From assembly GCA_044376115.1 (NCBI GenBank), contig JBILLK010000031.1, forward strand, positions 32,001 to 96,000: a stretch of DNA of 64,000 nucleotides, in the 5' to 3' direction. The DNA comes from Polyangiaceae bacterium. GTDB taxonomy: Bacteria > Myxococcota_A > Polyangia > Polyangiales > Polyangiaceae. The position numbers and the translations under genes are program-made. The notes under the pieces were generated by a model that was given only the letters and a program-made list of their open reading frames with translations, did not search any database and was not told the origin of the DNA. Positions 1-9,376 of this stretch are shown in pieces (the stretch's first letter is position 1; every line of letters begins with the position of its first letter).

Positions 1-855
1 CTCGTCACGCACCTTGCGCTTCAAGGCAGCGCCCGCGACCGCGCCGGTGTCGAGCAGGATGGTCCGCAAATCTCCGGGCAACGCGTCGATCCGCTTCTTG
101 GACCAAACCACGCCACCCATGGCCATGATCGAGGACTCTTTGGCGATGTGATCCAACGACGCAAGCCACTGCAGCTGCTCGGCAGCGAGGGTCGGAGCGC
201 TCAAGAAGTCCAGCCCTTTGACCTTGAGTTTCGGGGCCACCTCGGTCGCGCTCAACTCGACCAGCTTCACGTCTTTTACTTGCTGCCACAGCTGCGGGCC
301 AATCTTGTCGCCGCGCCACGAAAGCACGTTCTTGCCCGCTAGATCGCTCGGGCGCTTCACCGCAAAGCCCTTCGACATCCCGCGCAGCCGTCCGAGATCG
401 CCAAACGAAAGATAGTAGCCCTCGGCTTCGGCGGCCTTCATGAACTCGGGCGCGACCGCATCGCGCGCCTTGTCGAGCCCGGCCCAGGAGCGGAATAGCC
501 CGGGCATCTGCAACGCGAGGATCGGCTTGTGAATCTTGGCGAGCCCAACCGAACTCACCGCTGCGCCGTCCAGTTGGCCGGTCTTCAGCTTGCCGATCAT
601 GGTGGCGTCATCGCCCTGTTGGCCGTTGTAAAAGATCTCGAGCTTGAGCTTGCCGTCGCTCTTCTTGTTTACGGCCTCTTGCCAAACGCTGAACACCTTG
701 CCCCAAAGGCTGGATTTGGGAGCAACCGTTCCGAGGCCCACCGTCTCTTCAGCGACCGCGCGGCTTGCGCTGGCGGTGCACAAGAGCGTCACGGCGAGCG
801 CCAAGGAACGAAACAGCGATGCACGAACAGACCTGGCCGCAGTGATCTTCGTCAT
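1..855 (-). CDS. dctP: TRAP transporter substrate-binding protein (DctP/TatP-like), 3' end runs off the window
   Basis: Not in the ORF track. Manual translation from ATG 855 gives MTKITAARSVRASLFRSLALAVTLLCTASASRAVAEETVGLGTVAPKSSLWGKVF...IFYNGQQGDDATMIGKLKTGQLDGAAV, a signal peptide followed by the typical DctP N-terminus. The frame is open to base 1. Confidence 0.85.
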   Translation of the reverse strand, partial: MTKITAARSVRASLFRSLALAVTLLCTASASRAVAEETVGLGTVAPKSSLWGKVFSVWQEAVNKKSDGKLKLEIFYNGQQGDDATMIGKLKTGQLDGAAVSSVGLAKIHKPILALQMPGLFRSWAGLDKARDAVAPEFMKAAEAEGYYLSFGDLGRLRGMSKGFAVKRPSDLAGKNVLSWRGDKIGPQLWQQVKDVKLVELSATEVAPKLKVKGLDFLSAPTLAAEQLQWLASLDHIAKESSIMAMGGVVWSKKRIDALPGDLRTILLDTGAVAGAALKRKVRDE

Positions 856-861
856 CTGCGC

Positions 862-908
862 ACCATAGCATAGGTTGACCGTTGGTCAGCCGGCTCTTAC
901 GTAAGAGC
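862..908 (-). promoter_or_regulatory. Putative dctP promoter: -10-like TATGGT (867-862), inverted repeat TGACC-GTT-GGTCA (876-888) and perfect 16-bp palindrome GCTCTTACGTAAGAGC (893-908)
   Basis: Motifs read directly in the 54-bp intergenic gap; function inferred. Confidence 0.45.
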
Positions 909-909
909 T

Positions 910-2364
910 TCATTCGGACGGGCGACGGCCAAACTTCCGCGGGCCCCGGTCTCCGGTGCTGAAGCTCGAGGCCAAACGAATGAAGGTCCAGGCCGTCCCC
1001 GAAAGTTTGCGCAGCTTACTATCGCCGATTCGGTCGGCGTAACGGATGGGGAGCTCGACGACCTGGTAGCCGTGGCGTACCGGTTTGAGCAACGTATCGA
1101 TCGGTAGGGCGTCCCCCTCTCCGTCGAAGTCGAAGGCTCGGAGCATGCTCGTGCGATACCCACGCATCCCGCTGTGGACGTCGACCGTGGGCACCCCGTG
1201 AGCCAGCTGGGCCGCCGCAGCGAAGGTCCTGTTCGCTACGTAGTTAGCGAAGGGCATCGCCGCCGGCTTGCGAGCGGTGCGCGCGCAGTTGACCAAATCG
1301 GCACCCTGCTCGAGCAGGCGTCGAACCAGCGGGATGCACTCCGCTGGGTAGGTGCCATCACAATCGATGGTGATCAGCGCCTCTGTCTCAACGGCGTAAA
1401 GCAGCGCTTCCATCGCAGGGCCGTGGCCGCGTGCCGGCACCTGCCGGATCACGCGAGCGCCGAGTTCTCGCGCGATTTCCGGCGTTCTGTCGCGGGTCGA
1501 GCTGTCCACGCACACGATGCGCGCGTCCGGCGCATGGGCGCGGAGCAGCTCAATCATCGGCCGGACAGCGAGCTCTTCGTCCATCGTGAGCATGCCGATC
1601 GTCAGCGACAGCGGCCGCGGCCGCGGCTTTTTGCGCGCGAGAAACACATGTTGAAAGGCCAGTAGCTCGGGGCTGATTTGAGCCAAGCGCCGCTCAGCAG
1701 GCCAGCCCAGTTGCGCGTAAAGCGCGAACGGAAGGCTGTTGTCGAGGTTGAAGGCACGAGCTTCATCTGTCGCGTCCGCAGCAGGCGCCAGCCCCAGCCC
1801 GCGCTTGTGCAAGAGCGCACGGCTCAGCATCGGATTGAGGTCGCTGACGAGCAGCTCCAAGCCCGCAGCCTCAATCAGCTCGATCGCCGATTGCCTAGTA
1901 AAAAATCGAACATGGTCCCGGTCCAGGATGCCCGAGGCCTGATAGTCGAACTTGCCTTGCAAGAGCCCCAGCCGCACCGGCCAAGCAGCGATGTTCGGTA
2001 GCGAGATGAGCACGTGGCCTTCATCGTCGAGGTGGTTGAGCAGCGCGTTGAGCAGCTCTTCCGGTTTGCGCACGTGCTCGAGCACGTCGGCAAAGAGCAG
2101 CAGGTCAAAGCGGCGCTCTCCCAGCTTGCGGCTGGTTCCGGCAGCGTCCTCCAAGTCGACGTCGATGGTCTCGTTCAGCCGCTCGGCTGCGAGCGTTCTC
2201 GCCGCTGCGTTGCCCTCGAGCCCAACGACGGTTGCTCCGCGTGCGCGCGCGCGCTGCCCGTTGATTCCGCCGCCGCAGCCCACGTCGAGCACGCGGCGCG
2301 GGCGCCCTAGCAGGTGCAAGAGCGCGTGATTCGTGTGTTCGAGCGCGTAGCTGCGGTCAGCCAT
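910..2364 (-). CDS. Bifunctional class I SAM methyltransferase / GT2 glycosyltransferase (DPM1/polyprenyl-phosphate glycosyltransferase-like)
   Basis: N-half has VLDVGCGGG and ADVLEH. C-half has VCVDSSTRDRTPEIA, TIDCDGTYP (DxD), DVHSGMRGYR and ELPIRYADRIGDSKL. Start placed at ATG 2364, overlapping the gmhB stop. Confidence 0.85.
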   Translation of the reverse strand: MADRSYALEHTNHALLHLLGRPRRVLDVGCGGGINGQRARARGATVVGLEGNAAARTLAAERLNETIDVDLEDAAGTSRKLGERRFDLLLFADVLEHVRKPEELLNALLNHLDDEGHVLISLPNIAAWPVRLGLLQGKFDYQASGILDRDHVRFFTRQSAIELIEAAGLELLVSDLNPMLSRALLHKRGLGLAPAADATDEARAFNLDNSLPFALYAQLGWPAERRLAQISPELLAFQHVFLARKKPRPRPLSLTIGMLTMDEELAVRPMIELLRAHAPDARIVCVDSSTRDRTPEIARELGARVIRQVPARGHGPAMEALLYAVETEALITIDCDGTYPAECIPLVRRLLEQGADLVNCARTARKPAAMPFANYVANRTFAAAAQLAHGVPTVDVHSGMRGYRTSMLRAFDFDGEGDALPIDTLLKPVRHGYQVVELPIRYADRIGDSKLRKLSGTAWTFIRLASSFSTGDRGPRKFGRRPSE

Positions 2365-3022
2365 GGTGCCCATCCACTTCAATGATCGCCGTCGCTAGTT
2401 CGAGCAGCCGCGGCCGCAGCAGCCGCGGCTCCGCCGCAGCGAGCGACGCACCAGCGCCTGCCCCACGATGGGGACAGATTTCACAACGGTGCTCGAGGCT
2501 CAGCAACGCGCCGGACATCCCGGCGGCGGAGCTCGCTCGCATATCGGTCAAGGTGTCGCCCACCATCCAGCATTGGGCCGGCCTCACCTGGGCGAACTCC
2601 GCCAACGCGATTAGCAGCCCTGGCTGCGGCTTGCGACATTCGCAGGGGCCAATCAAATCAGCGCGCCCACCGTCCCCGCCCTCGGGGTGGTGCAAGCAGC
2701 TCGCGATGCCGAGCACCGGGATGCCGTGCTCCGCTAGGCGGTCGAGCAGCGCCTGATTGGTGGTTACGATGGCCTCCTCCTCGAGTTCGCCTTTGGCGGC
2801 CCCGGGCTGATTGGTCGCAATCAAGATTGCGTAGCCGGCTTTTGCGAGCCGCTCGAGGCCGAGCAGTACGCTGGGTAGAAAGCGCAGCTGCGCCGGGTGA
2901 AACGCAGGCGTCACCACGCCGAGCTCGGGGTCTCGAACGAAGTCGATCAAAGTGCCGTCACGGTCGAAGATCACGGCGCGCTCGAACGCGGTGGGCGCCG
3001 CGGCGCCAGGCTGCAACTTCAA
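2357..3022 (-). CDS. gmhB: D-glycero-D-manno-heptose 1,7-bisphosphate phosphatase (HAD IIIA)
   Basis: FDRDGTL, ATNQ, CLHHP...CECRKPQPG and MVGD motifs; heptose operon context. Confidence 0.88.
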   Translation of the reverse strand: MKLQPGAAAPTAFERAVIFDRDGTLIDFVRDPELGVVTPAFHPAQLRFLPSVLLGLERLAKAGYAILIATNQPGAAKGELEEEAIVTTNQALLDRLAEHGIPVLGIASCLHHPEGGDGGRADLIGPCECRKPQPGLLIALAEFAQVRPAQCWMVGDTLTDMRASSAAGMSGALLSLEHRCEICPHRGAGAGASLAAAEPRLLRPRLLELATAIIEVDGHHG

Positions 3023-3645
3023 GCGTACTCAGTCGGCGGGGCCGCCTCACAAAGCTCGCGCAGACGCGCGCAAAGCAGGTGGTGATACACGACGTGGAAG
3101 CCCTCCACGTGCGGCGTCGTCGAATGGCCTGCGTCGGTGCTCGGGACGATCAACGAAACGTCGGCGAGCGTTCGCAGCGCGCCGCCGTCGAAGCCCACCA
3201 TCGCCAAGACGAAGCCCTCGCGCTGCTTGGCCAGCGTGGCCGCCCGAATCAGATTCTGCGACCACGGGCCGGCTTGGTCAGCCCCGCTACCGCCATGAAC
3301 CGATAGGCAGATAAGCACGTCGCCTGGCTCGAACAGCGGCTCTAACTGCTCACTAAAGACGCTGCCAAAACCGAGGTCGTTGGTGATGGCGCTGATCAGC
3401 GCTGCATTGTCGCATAGCGACTGCACCCGGAATCTGCGTTTGCCGCTCACCACCGTAAACTTCGCCAGGTCGGCTGCAAGGTGGGAGGCGTTGGCGGCGC
3501 TACCACCATTGCCGCAGACAAAGATGCTGGCGCCGCGTTGCCACGCTGCGAACAAGAGATCGAGCGCTCGGGTGAGCGCCTGCCGGTCAGAGCGGGCTGC
3601 AATCTCAGCCGTTTCGCGAAGATAGCGGTCTACGAAGGAATCCAT
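3019..3645 (-). CDS. gmhA: Phosphoheptose (sedoheptulose-7-phosphate) isomerase, SIS domain
   Basis: CGNGGSAANASHLAADL, ITND.GF..VFSEQL, GFDGG and VEGFH..YHH; start placed at MDSFV (3645). Confidence 0.85.
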   Translation of the reverse strand: MDSFVDRYLRETAEIAARSDRQALTRALDLLFAAWQRGASIFVCGNGGSAANASHLAADLAKFTVVSGKRRFRVQSLCDNAALISAITNDLGFGSVFSEQLEPLFEPGDVLICLSVHGGSGADQAGPWSQNLIRAATLAKQREGFVLAMVGFDGGALRTLADVSLIVPSTDAGHSTTPHVEGFHVVYHHLLCARLRELCEAAPPTEYA

Positions 3646-3721
3646 GCGGGGCGCGGAGCCTACGCCAGGCGCGGAGGCGCGGACGTCAAATTCGATCACC
3701 GGGCAGCGCTGCAGTGGCTGG

Positions 3722-4672
3722 TTACAGTAGCTGCGCTCCCGGTGCGCCAAAACGGAACGGAAGCTGTGAAAGTCCGCGGGATCGCAGCGCTTGCTCGACC
3801 CGGGCCAGGGCCTCGGGACGAGCGCAAAACATGATGAAGCCGCCCCCGCCCGCTCCCATCACCTTGCCGCCCAGCGCGCCAGCCCGCATGCCAGCGTCGT
3901 AGAGGTCATCGAGCGTCGCCGAAGAGGCGGTGGTGACCTTTTGCTTCTCGCTCCAATGTTGATGCAAGAGCTCGCCGAACTCGTCCAGTTTGCCGCGTGA
4001 AAGCAGCCGGCACACCTCCTGACCGAGCGCCTTGATACGGTGCATGCCCAGCAGCGCTTGTTCCTCCAGCGCTGCAACCCGCGCCGATTGCACCGAAAGT
4101 ACCTCGCGCGAGGGACGACGGATACCGGTGTAAAAAACGGTGATCCGCTGTTCGAGCTGACGCACCGTAGCCTCGGCGATTGGCGCTGGGGTTACCGAGA
4201 ACTCCCCCGAGGTATCGATCTCGATGCACTGCAGCCCACCGAAGGCGGCGATGGTTGGATCTTGGCAGCCCACCGGCTCTCCCAGCCGCGCGCTCTCGAT
4301 CAGGAACGCACGCTTGGCAAGCTCGCCCGGCGAAAGTGCTAGCCCTCGCTGGGAACAAATAGCGGTTAGCAAAGCGACCGTGAAGCTGCCCGACGAGCCC
4401 AAGCCTGTATTGGGTGGCACCTCGCTCAATGAGGTAACAGCGGTATCGAGCGGGAGGCCAAACTCCTCCAGGCAGGCTCGCGTCAACGGACTATCGCTGA
4501 CGACCGCTGCTCCATCGGCTTGCGGTCGCTCCCCGCGCGAGCTCAGGCGCACGACCACGCTCTTATCGATCGCCGCGCTGAGGACGAAGCCGCCAAATCG
4601 ACTAGCGTAGGCGGGAAGATCGGTTCCACCTCCACCCAGCGAGATGCGCAGCGGCGCTTGCGCAGAGATCAC
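3722..4672 (-). CDS. hddA: D-glycero-alpha-D-manno-heptose 7-phosphate kinase (GHMP family)
   Basis: APLRISLGGGGTD, GLGSSGS, GCQD..IAAFGG and GAGGGGF motifs. Confidence 0.85.
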   Translation of the reverse strand: MISAQAPLRISLGGGGTDLPAYASRFGGFVLSAAIDKSVVVRLSSRGERPQADGAAVVSDSPLTRACLEEFGLPLDTAVTSLSEVPPNTGLGSSGSFTVALLTAICSQRGLALSPGELAKRAFLIESARLGEPVGCQDPTIAAFGGLQCIEIDTSGEFSVTPAPIAEATVRQLEQRITVFYTGIRRPSREVLSVQSARVAALEEQALLGMHRIKALGQEVCRLLSRGKLDEFGELLHQHWSEKQKVTTASSATLDDLYDAGMRAGALGGKVMGAGGGGFIMFCARPEALARVEQALRSRGLSQLPFRFGAPGAQLL

Positions 4673-5421
4673 GCGTGCAGCTCCGCACGCAGCGTATGAG
4701 GGCTCTGCTCGGCGAAGGCTTGTTCGAGGGCGCGCAATCCGGACTCCGAGCCGATCTCGTAGAACCGTTCACTGGCTCGATGCGCCAAGAGCTTGCCGCT
4801 GGCCGCGAGTTGGCTCTGGACGCGGTCGAGGCCGAAGCTGCCGCGTTCGGGCAAGCCTTCGATCACGGAGCGTTTGAGGGCCAACGCGCCGTAGTCAATG
4901 AAGGTTAGCCGCGGAGCTGCCTCACTCGCGTGCTTTTGATAATGGGTTACGCGTTCGCCTACCACCGCTGCATTCGAACGTTCGTGCGCATCGTGGTTCT
5001 CGAAAACGGCCATGCAGCCGTCGGCCTCTTGCGGATACCGCTCGAGCAACCGGAGCGGCGCGCCATAGTCATACGGTAAATAGGAATCTCCGTAGGTGAC
5101 GACGAACGTTGGCTGCAACAGGGGCAGCGCGCTGCGCAGCGCCATGGCGGTGCCTTGCTGCTCCCCTCCATCGACGCAGTGGAGGAGGCGCATCCGCCCG
5201 GCCAAGCGCTGCACTGCGGGCGATTCGAGCGCCGCTTGAACCTCGTTTGCCAGATGGCCCAACGCGAACAGGGCCTCATCAAAACCACAGCGCGCCAACC
5301 GAAGCACCAGGTGAAACAAGAATGGTTGCCCGGCGACCGAAAGCAAGACTTTGGGCGTGCGCTCGGTGCGCGGCAACATCCGCGTTCCCAAGCCGCCCGC
5401 CAAGACGACCACCTGCTTCAT
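4669..5421 (-). CDS. hddC: Sugar-1-phosphate nucleotidyltransferase (HddC-like heptose-1-phosphate guanylyltransferase)
   Basis: LAGGLGTRM...PKVL, YGDSY and FYEIGS; coupled to hddA by a 4-bp overlap. Confidence 0.75.
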   Translation of the reverse strand: MKQVVVLAGGLGTRMLPRTERTPKVLLSVAGQPFLFHLVLRLARCGFDEALFALGHLANEVQAALESPAVQRLAGRMRLLHCVDGGEQQGTAMALRSALPLLQPTFVVTYGDSYLPYDYGAPLRLLERYPQEADGCMAVFENHDAHERSNAAVVGERVTHYQKHASEAAPRLTFIDYGALALKRSVIEGLPERGSFGLDRVQSQLAASGKLLAHRASERFYEIGSESGLRALEQAFAEQSPHTLRAELHA

Positions 5422-6362
5422 CGACCAAATACCTCGGCGCGGAGCTCGCGCACGGCGAGCTCCACCGCCTCGTCGCTCGAGCGTAGGACTTCAAAGCCGA
5501 ACTCGCGGAGTTTAGCCGGGTTCAGCCGCGTTACCGGGACGTCTCCGGCCCAACCGCGTGCGCCTCCGCTCGGCCGAATTTGGGCGCTCGGGCGAGGGGA
5601 GGCGGCGACGCAAAGCTCGGCGATGCGCGCGACCGTGGTGGTGGTGGCGGGCGCCAAGTTGAAGGTCTCAAAGCCCGGCGGCTGCTTGGCTACGAGATGC
5701 TGAATGCCCCGTACGCAATCGGAGACATGGAGATACGGCTTCTCTTGTCGGCCGTCGCCCAGGACCTCCAGCGCATCTGGCGTCACCGTTAGCTTATTGA
5801 GGAAGTCCAGGATGACGCCGTGGGTCGCCCGGGCTCCAACGACGTTGCCAAAGCGAAGCACACAAACGTCCATCGCGAAGCAGGACGAGAAGGCCGAAAG
5901 GAAGCTCTCCGACGCGAGCTTGCTGGCGCCATAGAGCGATATGGGCAAGCTGCCGAGATCGGTCTCGCGCATCGGCTGCGGCTGATCACCGTAAACGGTA
6001 CCCGAGGACGCAAAGAACAAGCGCCGAACCGCGAGCAAGCGGGCGGCTTCGGCAACCGCCAGCGTGGTGTGTAAGCCGAGCTCGAGGTCGAGCCGCGTAT
6101 CGCTGAGGCCGCGACGAGCTTCGGGGTTGGCGGCCAGATGAATGACGACTTCGTGGCCGGCCATCGCGTCGCGGACCTGGTCCACGTTGCGGGCGTCGCC
6201 TTCCACCACGCGAACACGCCCGGTTGTGAGCGCGCCGCTCAAGAACTCCCGCCGACCTACCGAGAAGTCGTCGAACACCGTCACGTCGTGCTGCAGCGCG
6301 AGCGCGTCCACCAAGTGACTACCAATGAAGCCGGCTCCGCCTACCACGAAGATGGCGCTCAT
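5418..6362 (-). CDS. NAD-dependent epimerase/dehydratase (extended SDR)
   Basis: GGAGFIGSH, SSGTVYG and YGASK; start MSAIF (6362) forms an ATGA overlap with the upstream gene. Confidence 0.9.
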   Translation of the reverse strand: MSAIFVVGGAGFIGSHLVDALALQHDVTVFDDFSVGRREFLSGALTTGRVRVVEGDARNVDQVRDAMAGHEVVIHLAANPEARRGLSDTRLDLELGLHTTLAVAEAARLLAVRRLFFASSGTVYGDQPQPMRETDLGSLPISLYGASKLASESFLSAFSSCFAMDVCVLRFGNVVGARATHGVILDFLNKLTVTPDALEVLGDGRQEKPYLHVSDCVRGIQHLVAKQPPGFETFNLAPATTTTVARIAELCVAASPRPSAQIRPSGGARGWAGDVPVTRLNPAKLREFGFEVLRSSDEAVELAVRELRAEVFGR

Positions 6363-6970
6363 CGTGCACCCGTTGGCGCGCGGTCCAGGCGCGCGGCGAA
6401 CTGATGCTCGCTGCGGGTCAGAAGACGTAGCGCGGGCGAGTGCACGTCGAGCGGCCAAACCAGCTTGGCTGGCCGCGAGCTGACCTCGGCGAAGAGGCGG
6501 TCCCAGGCGGCAGGCGATAGGTAGTTACCGGTGACAGCGACGCCTAGCGGTAGGTTGCCGATCAGATCCATCGCGAGCAACGTTTGTTCGCTTCGGTTGG
6601 AGAAGCTCATGTGGTCTTTGAGCAACACCACGTCAGCCACACGCAGCGCCTCGCGTAGCAGCGGCTCGGGCTCTGGTGCATGGTGCAATACGTCCGACAG
6701 GAGACATAAATCGAAGGGGCCTGCGTCGACGTGTACGCCATCGAACAGCGTCACGGGGCCAGGGTTTATCGGGCTCTTCTGAACGTCGTAGGCTTGCAGC
6801 GTCGCTCCGAGTTGGCTCGCCAACCGCCGACCAACGCGACCGTCGCCGCAGCCGAGATCCAGCATCGTGCGGATGTTTCTGTCGGCTATCAGCGGGAGCA
6901 GGCCGCAAACGATGCGCTCCACGCGCTGATCGGAGACGGTCTTGTCGAGCAAGCGAGTCCACAGGCGCAC
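6359..6970 (-). CDS. Class I SAM-dependent methyltransferase
   Basis: LDLGCGDG and DVLHH motifs. Confidence 0.85.
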   Translation of the reverse strand: MRLWTRLLDKTVSDQRVERIVCGLLPLIADRNIRTMLDLGCGDGRVGRRLASQLGATLQAYDVQKSPINPGPVTLFDGVHVDAGPFDLCLLSDVLHHAPEPEPLLREALRVADVVLLKDHMSFSNRSEQTLLAMDLIGNLPLGVAVTGNYLSPAAWDRLFAEVSSRPAKLVWPLDVHSPALRLLTRSEHQFAARLDRAPTGAR

Positions 6971-6972
6971 GT

Positions 6973-9222
6973 TCAGTCCAAAAGCTCGAGCGCCTCGCTA
7001 CCGTGAAGCATCCCTGCCATGGCGTGCTGCACAAAGTCGATGCGCACGATGGGGGAGGCGACGTTCTCGCTGAAGCCGCCCGGGATGCGCAGCTTGCGCG
7101 TGCACATCGCGCAGTTGTCTTCGGTCCATTGGTGATGGAGCAGGTACTTCATCGTGCGGCGCAACGTGACGAGGTCCTCCTCGACCGAGAGCCCACGGGC
7201 GCGCTTGACCGCGACGGCAGCGGCGAGCCCCTCGGCGAACCCGGCTGCAGCCGCGTGGTGGGGCGGAAACACATGTCCGAAGGCGTAGGCTCCCACCTGG
7301 TCGGCGTCGATCCCGCTGTCTTCGGTCTCGATGAAACGGCTCTTCATCGTCATGTAGTCGATGCAGAAGCGCTCATACTTGTCATTGCGGTGGTGGGTCA
7401 GCGCAGTGCGCGCGGCCAAACAATGCCAGTTTTCCTCCAGGTAGAAGAAGTCGCGCAGCGGGATGTCCCAATAGGGCCCTGAATAGTAGGCCATGGCCTT
7501 GTCGATGGCCTTCGTTAGACCCTCCGGTCTCGGCAGCCCTTCACCTGCTGCGCCCTCGAGCAACACCAGCGCGTACACGGCTTGGCCCGCCGCGTAGAGC
7601 GGGTCCTTCCCGCTGATTGGCGTATCGTTGGCAGCGTCGAACAGCGGGACGAAGGCGCCGTCCTCGCGCTGCATCGCTAATAGGGTATTGGTCAGCCGGG
7701 TGATCGTCGCATCGAATTGGCCGCCCACCTGCTCGCGGCAGGTCAAATAGGCAATGGCCGGTAGCGCTGTGGACCCGAGCTGGCCCTTGTTGGCGTTCTT
7801 CGGCCACATGATCGCGCCGCGCTCGGCGTTGCCCTTGACCAGCGTCTCGAGGAAGGCCAGCGATTGCTTCGCTGTGTCCTTCGCCTTGGCGTGGTAGGCG
7901 GAAGCGTCGCACAGCGCCAGCGTCGTACCGGCCTGCCGCGGTACCGAGAAGTTGTCGAAGCTGACTGCGCCGGTAAACGGCTGCACGGTGTAACGAAAGC
8001 GACCGTCCTTCACCTGCGAGCTGACGACGAACGCCGCCGCGCCGCGTAGCGCAGCCTTCATCGTTGGGGCATCGAGCGTCGTGTTGTTCTTTCGCAGATG
8101 CCGCATCGCGCTCACCTGGCGATCGTGGGAGACAGCGAAGCTCGCCGTTTCAATCGCAATCAGCCCGGTATAGCCGCTGCCCTCGGACTTGAGGTGCTTG
8201 CGCAATGCTTCCGGTGTGGTGCCAAACTCCGCCTGCAAGGCGGCCACGTTGGTTGCCTCGGTGAAGGCGTCCAGTCCGAACAGCTGCCACGGAATCAGGC
8301 AGCGTGAGCCGTCGCATACGCCCTCAACGCCCGGCCTTACCAGCACCGCGCCGAGCAAGGGCCCGACCTCAGGAAGGGCGCGGCGCGAGCTCACAATATC
8401 GATGTAGGCCTCTCCCTCCGCTTGATAGTCCTCGAGCTCGCGTCTCGCTTGGGCCAGCGCCTGCTCCAGCGTGTCCGCTTGAAAACAGAGCATGCTTGCT
8501 TGGGCTGGCGTCTTCGGCTCCTCGCTCCGCTTCAAGTAGGTGAGCACGACCGTCGCGATGCCTGCGCGCGGCTCGCTGCGACATTCGATCGGTGCAGCGA
8601 GGAACATCGCCGGCGAACCGACGGTTCCGCGCTTTGCCGTGCGCGCCTCCGCAACCGCGAGTTGCACGGTCTCCTCGAGCTGGTCTCGCTCATCCGCGCC
8701 GAGCGTCCAGTCAGCCCGCGCTTGCGAAGCGTTGAGCGCGATCATGAAGCCGATGAACAGCAGCGCCAAGGTGATCGCCGCGCCCGTGCCCAAGGTCTTG
8801 CGCGCCTTGTGGTCGCCGAGCGTTCGCGGCCGAAAGCCCCCTGTAATCGCGAGCCCCCACACCGCCATCGGCAGTAGGAACAAGACCCCAACCAGAAATG
8901 CTGCGATCGCTGCGGCCAGGATCGGCAGGCCCACACCGTCGTAGACTTTGTTGACGTACAGGCCCGACGAGAGCGCGGCATATCCGAAGTAGCCGAGGAA
9001 AAGCAGCGACAATAGCGAGGTGATACGGAAGGCGATGGCTCGCGCGTGGGCCCCGATCAAGGCCAACGAAGCCGTGACTAGATGACCGCCCGCGCTCAGA
9101 CCAGCCAGCCCAGCGAACACGGTGAAGCTCGGCCAGGGCAACAGATAGGCCGCGCCGCCGAGCACAGCCGCATGCAAAAAGGAGAGGCCGGCGAGCGACC
9201 AGCGAGGGAATCCCTGCGTCAT
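6973..9222 (-). CDS. Multi-pass membrane protein with a large C-terminal soluble region (probable alpha/alpha-toroid fold), function unknown
   Basis: About 5 hydrophobic segments at the N-terminus, then GRFRY..NFSVPRQAGT and VRIDFVQHA motifs; start MTQGF (9222) preceded by TATGGT. Confidence 0.65.
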   Translation of the reverse strand: MTQGFPRWSLAGLSFLHAAVLGGAAYLLPWPSFTVFAGLAGLSAGGHLVTASLALIGAHARAIAFRITSLLSLLFLGYFGYAALSSGLYVNKVYDGVGLPILAAAIAAFLVGVLFLLPMAVWGLAITGGFRPRTLGDHKARKTLGTGAAITLALLFIGFMIALNASQARADWTLGADERDQLEETVQLAVAEARTAKRGTVGSPAMFLAAPIECRSEPRAGIATVVLTYLKRSEEPKTPAQASMLCFQADTLEQALAQARRELEDYQAEGEAYIDIVSSRRALPEVGPLLGAVLVRPGVEGVCDGSRCLIPWQLFGLDAFTEATNVAALQAEFGTTPEALRKHLKSEGSGYTGLIAIETASFAVSHDRQVSAMRHLRKNNTTLDAPTMKAALRGAAAFVVSSQVKDGRFRYTVQPFTGAVSFDNFSVPRQAGTTLALCDASAYHAKAKDTAKQSLAFLETLVKGNAERGAIMWPKNANKGQLGSTALPAIAYLTCREQVGGQFDATITRLTNTLLAMQREDGAFVPLFDAANDTPISGKDPLYAAGQAVYALVLLEGAAGEGLPRPEGLTKAIDKAMAYYSGPYWDIPLRDFFYLEENWHCLAARTALTHHRNDKYERFCIDYMTMKSRFIETEDSGIDADQVGAYAFGHVFPPHHAAAAGFAEGLAAAVAVKRARGLSVEEDLVTLRRTMKYLLHHQWTEDNCAMCTRKLRIPGGFSENVASPIVRIDFVQHAMAGMLHGSEALELLD

Positions 9223-9376
9223 GGGCGAACCATACACGAATCCGACTCTCGGGTTGCAGGCTCGCCGGAGTCGGAGTCTTCTGCCGCCAATGGCCGTCGC
9301 TCGAGACCGCACCCGCAGCTATGCGGCCCGCGTAGTTCGCGCTGCGATTCGCCCGAGCGTCCGCCGCTATGCGGCC

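Noticed and set aside
9221..9312. Apparent head-to-head overlap of ORFs 6973-9312 and 9221-11152
   Set aside because: Artefact of longest-ORF calling. Starts at 9222 and 9377 give sensible N-termini and a 154-bp divergent promoter gap.
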